Source: Chitinophagaceae bacterium
GTDB taxonomy: Bacteria; Bacteroidota; Bacteroidia; Chitinophagales; Chitinophagaceae
NCBI GenBank assembly: GCA_017989935.1
Contig: JAGNOY010000002.1
Coordinates: 1 to 27,706, forward strand
DNA: 27,706 bases
Direction: 5' to 3'
The notes below the pieces were generated by a model, which saw only the letters and a program-made list of their open reading frames with translations, did not search any database and was not told the origin of the DNA. The translations under genes were made by a program, and so were the position numbers. Below, piece after piece: positions 26,596 through 27,706 of this stretch (the stretch's first letter is position 1; the number at the start of each line of letters is the position of its first letter).

Positions 26596-26646
26596 AAATT
26601 CCACTTCTATATAAATTGTGTCTTCCTTTAAAAAAATTCAAAACCT

Positions 26647-27369
26647 ATGGTAAACTATAAGAAATATTTAGACATAGAAATCTTTGAAGGAGAAATTTCA
26701 AGGCATCAATATCCTTGGCATTTCCACAACAGCTATACATTTATTATTGTTGAAAAGGGATCTGTCTTTTACGAATTAAAAGACAGAAGTATACAAATTG
26801 GTGAGGCCGAAATACTAATCATAGAGCCCTATAAGGTTCATAGAAATATCATTTCTCAAACTACCATCTACAAAGTCTTTTTCATTCCACAAGAATATTT
26901 TGTGCGAGAAGAAAAAAATATAGTTATAACACAAAAAGTGAAGAACCCAAACGGGGTTTATCACATTAAAAATTTACTTAACAAAATAAACCAACATTAT
27001 AGTAGAAGTGAATTAAAAGAATTTATGAGTGAAATTAGTGAATTAATTGATCAGCCGCAAACAGCCTATTTAAGCGAAAAGCCTGACAATCTGAATATTA
27101 TCCCAGAATTAAACCATGATTTAACTATTGAAGAGCTTGCTAAAGAAGCCAATTTGAGCAAGTTTCATTTCCAAAGAAAATTTAAAAAAGAATGTGGATT
27201 AACAATTGGTCAACTAAAACAGCAAGAGAAAACAATCAAGGCAAAGAACCTATTAGAAAATGGAAAGTTGTCAACTGATGTAGCTTATGAATTAGGCTTT
27301 TTTGATCAAAGTCATTTTATAAAATATTTTAAAAAAATGTGGGCTATAACACCTAAGAATTTTAAATAG
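26647..27369 (+). CDS. AraC-family transcriptional regulator with an N-terminal cupin-like sensor domain
   Basis: YPWHFH, IEELAKEANLSKFHFQRKFKK, VAYELGFFDQSHFIKYFKK...TP. Confidence 0.93.
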   Translation: MVNYKKYLDIEIFEGEISRHQYPWHFHNSYTFIIVEKGSVFYELKDRSIQIGEAEILIIEPYKVHRNIISQTTIYKVFFIPQEYFVREEKNIVITQKVKNPNGVYHIKNLLNKINQHYSRSELKEFMSEISELIDQPQTAYLSEKPDNLNIIPELNHDLTIEELAKEANLSKFHFQRKFKKECGLTIGQLKQQEKTIKAKNLLENGKLSTDVAYELGFFDQSHFIKYFKKMWAITPKNFK

Positions 27370-27462
27370 CGCATTTTTTTACTATTTCCTGCTTATACCT
27401 TTGGATATATTTGTTCAACGAATGACGAATAATTTTCGAATGATACAATCAAAAGCTGTAAT

Positions 27463-27706
27463 ATGATGATTGGCATCAAACCACTAAATATCATGGAAAA
27501 GTTTTCCTTGTTTGACAAGCAATGGACACCTCACATTATTGGAGAACTTAATGAACAATATGTGAAACTTTGTAAACATAGAAATGACTTTGTTTGGCAT
27601 AGTCATGAGCATATGGATGAACTTTTTATGGTGTTCAAAGGAACACTCTTGATGGACTTTAGGGATGGCCGAACAGTTGAAGTAAAGGAAGGAGAAATTC
27701 TAAACG
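27463..27706 (+). CDS. Cupin-domain protein (mannose-6-phosphate isomerase-like), truncated by the window end
   Basis: MMIGIKPLNIMEKFSLFDKQWTPHIIGELNEQYVKLCK...FVWHSHEHMDELFMVFKGTLLMDFRDGRTVEVKEGEI, with the cupin H-x-H-x4-E motif. Confidence 0.85.
   Translation, partial: MMIGIKPLNIMEKFSLFDKQWTPHIIGELNEQYVKLCKHRNDFVWHSHEHMDELFMVFKGTLLMDFRDGRTVEVKEGEILN

Overview
AT-rich Bacteroidota chromosomal window, probably Chitinophagaceae-like (inferred from T9SS C-terminal domains and TAnnTTTG promoters). It holds a 2515-aa T9SS-secreted adhesin-like protein, a membrane protein/winged-helix regulator pair, an SDR epimerase, pheS, a DUF502 gene, a TetR-regulated ABC/HlyD/TolC operon, a lipoprotein, a MacAB/LolCDE-like exporter, a T9SS-secreted thioredoxin-fold protein, ruvX, a UbiA/MqnP-like prenyltransferase and dnaX. 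A decaying accessory patch follows (pseudogene, AraC, cupin). Main observations: (1) dnaX is split at an A10 run preceded by GGAGG, so standard decoding gives the short gamma-like subunit and a -1 shift or transcriptional slip gives a 593-aa tau, the reverse of E. coli. (2) Three divergent copies of a structured intergenic element resembling Flavo-1/REP show compensatory base changes. (3) The giant adhesin has two whole domains nested inside Ig-like stalk domains. No tRNA, rRNA, CRISPR array or intact transposase was seen. All family calls are by eye, without database searches.
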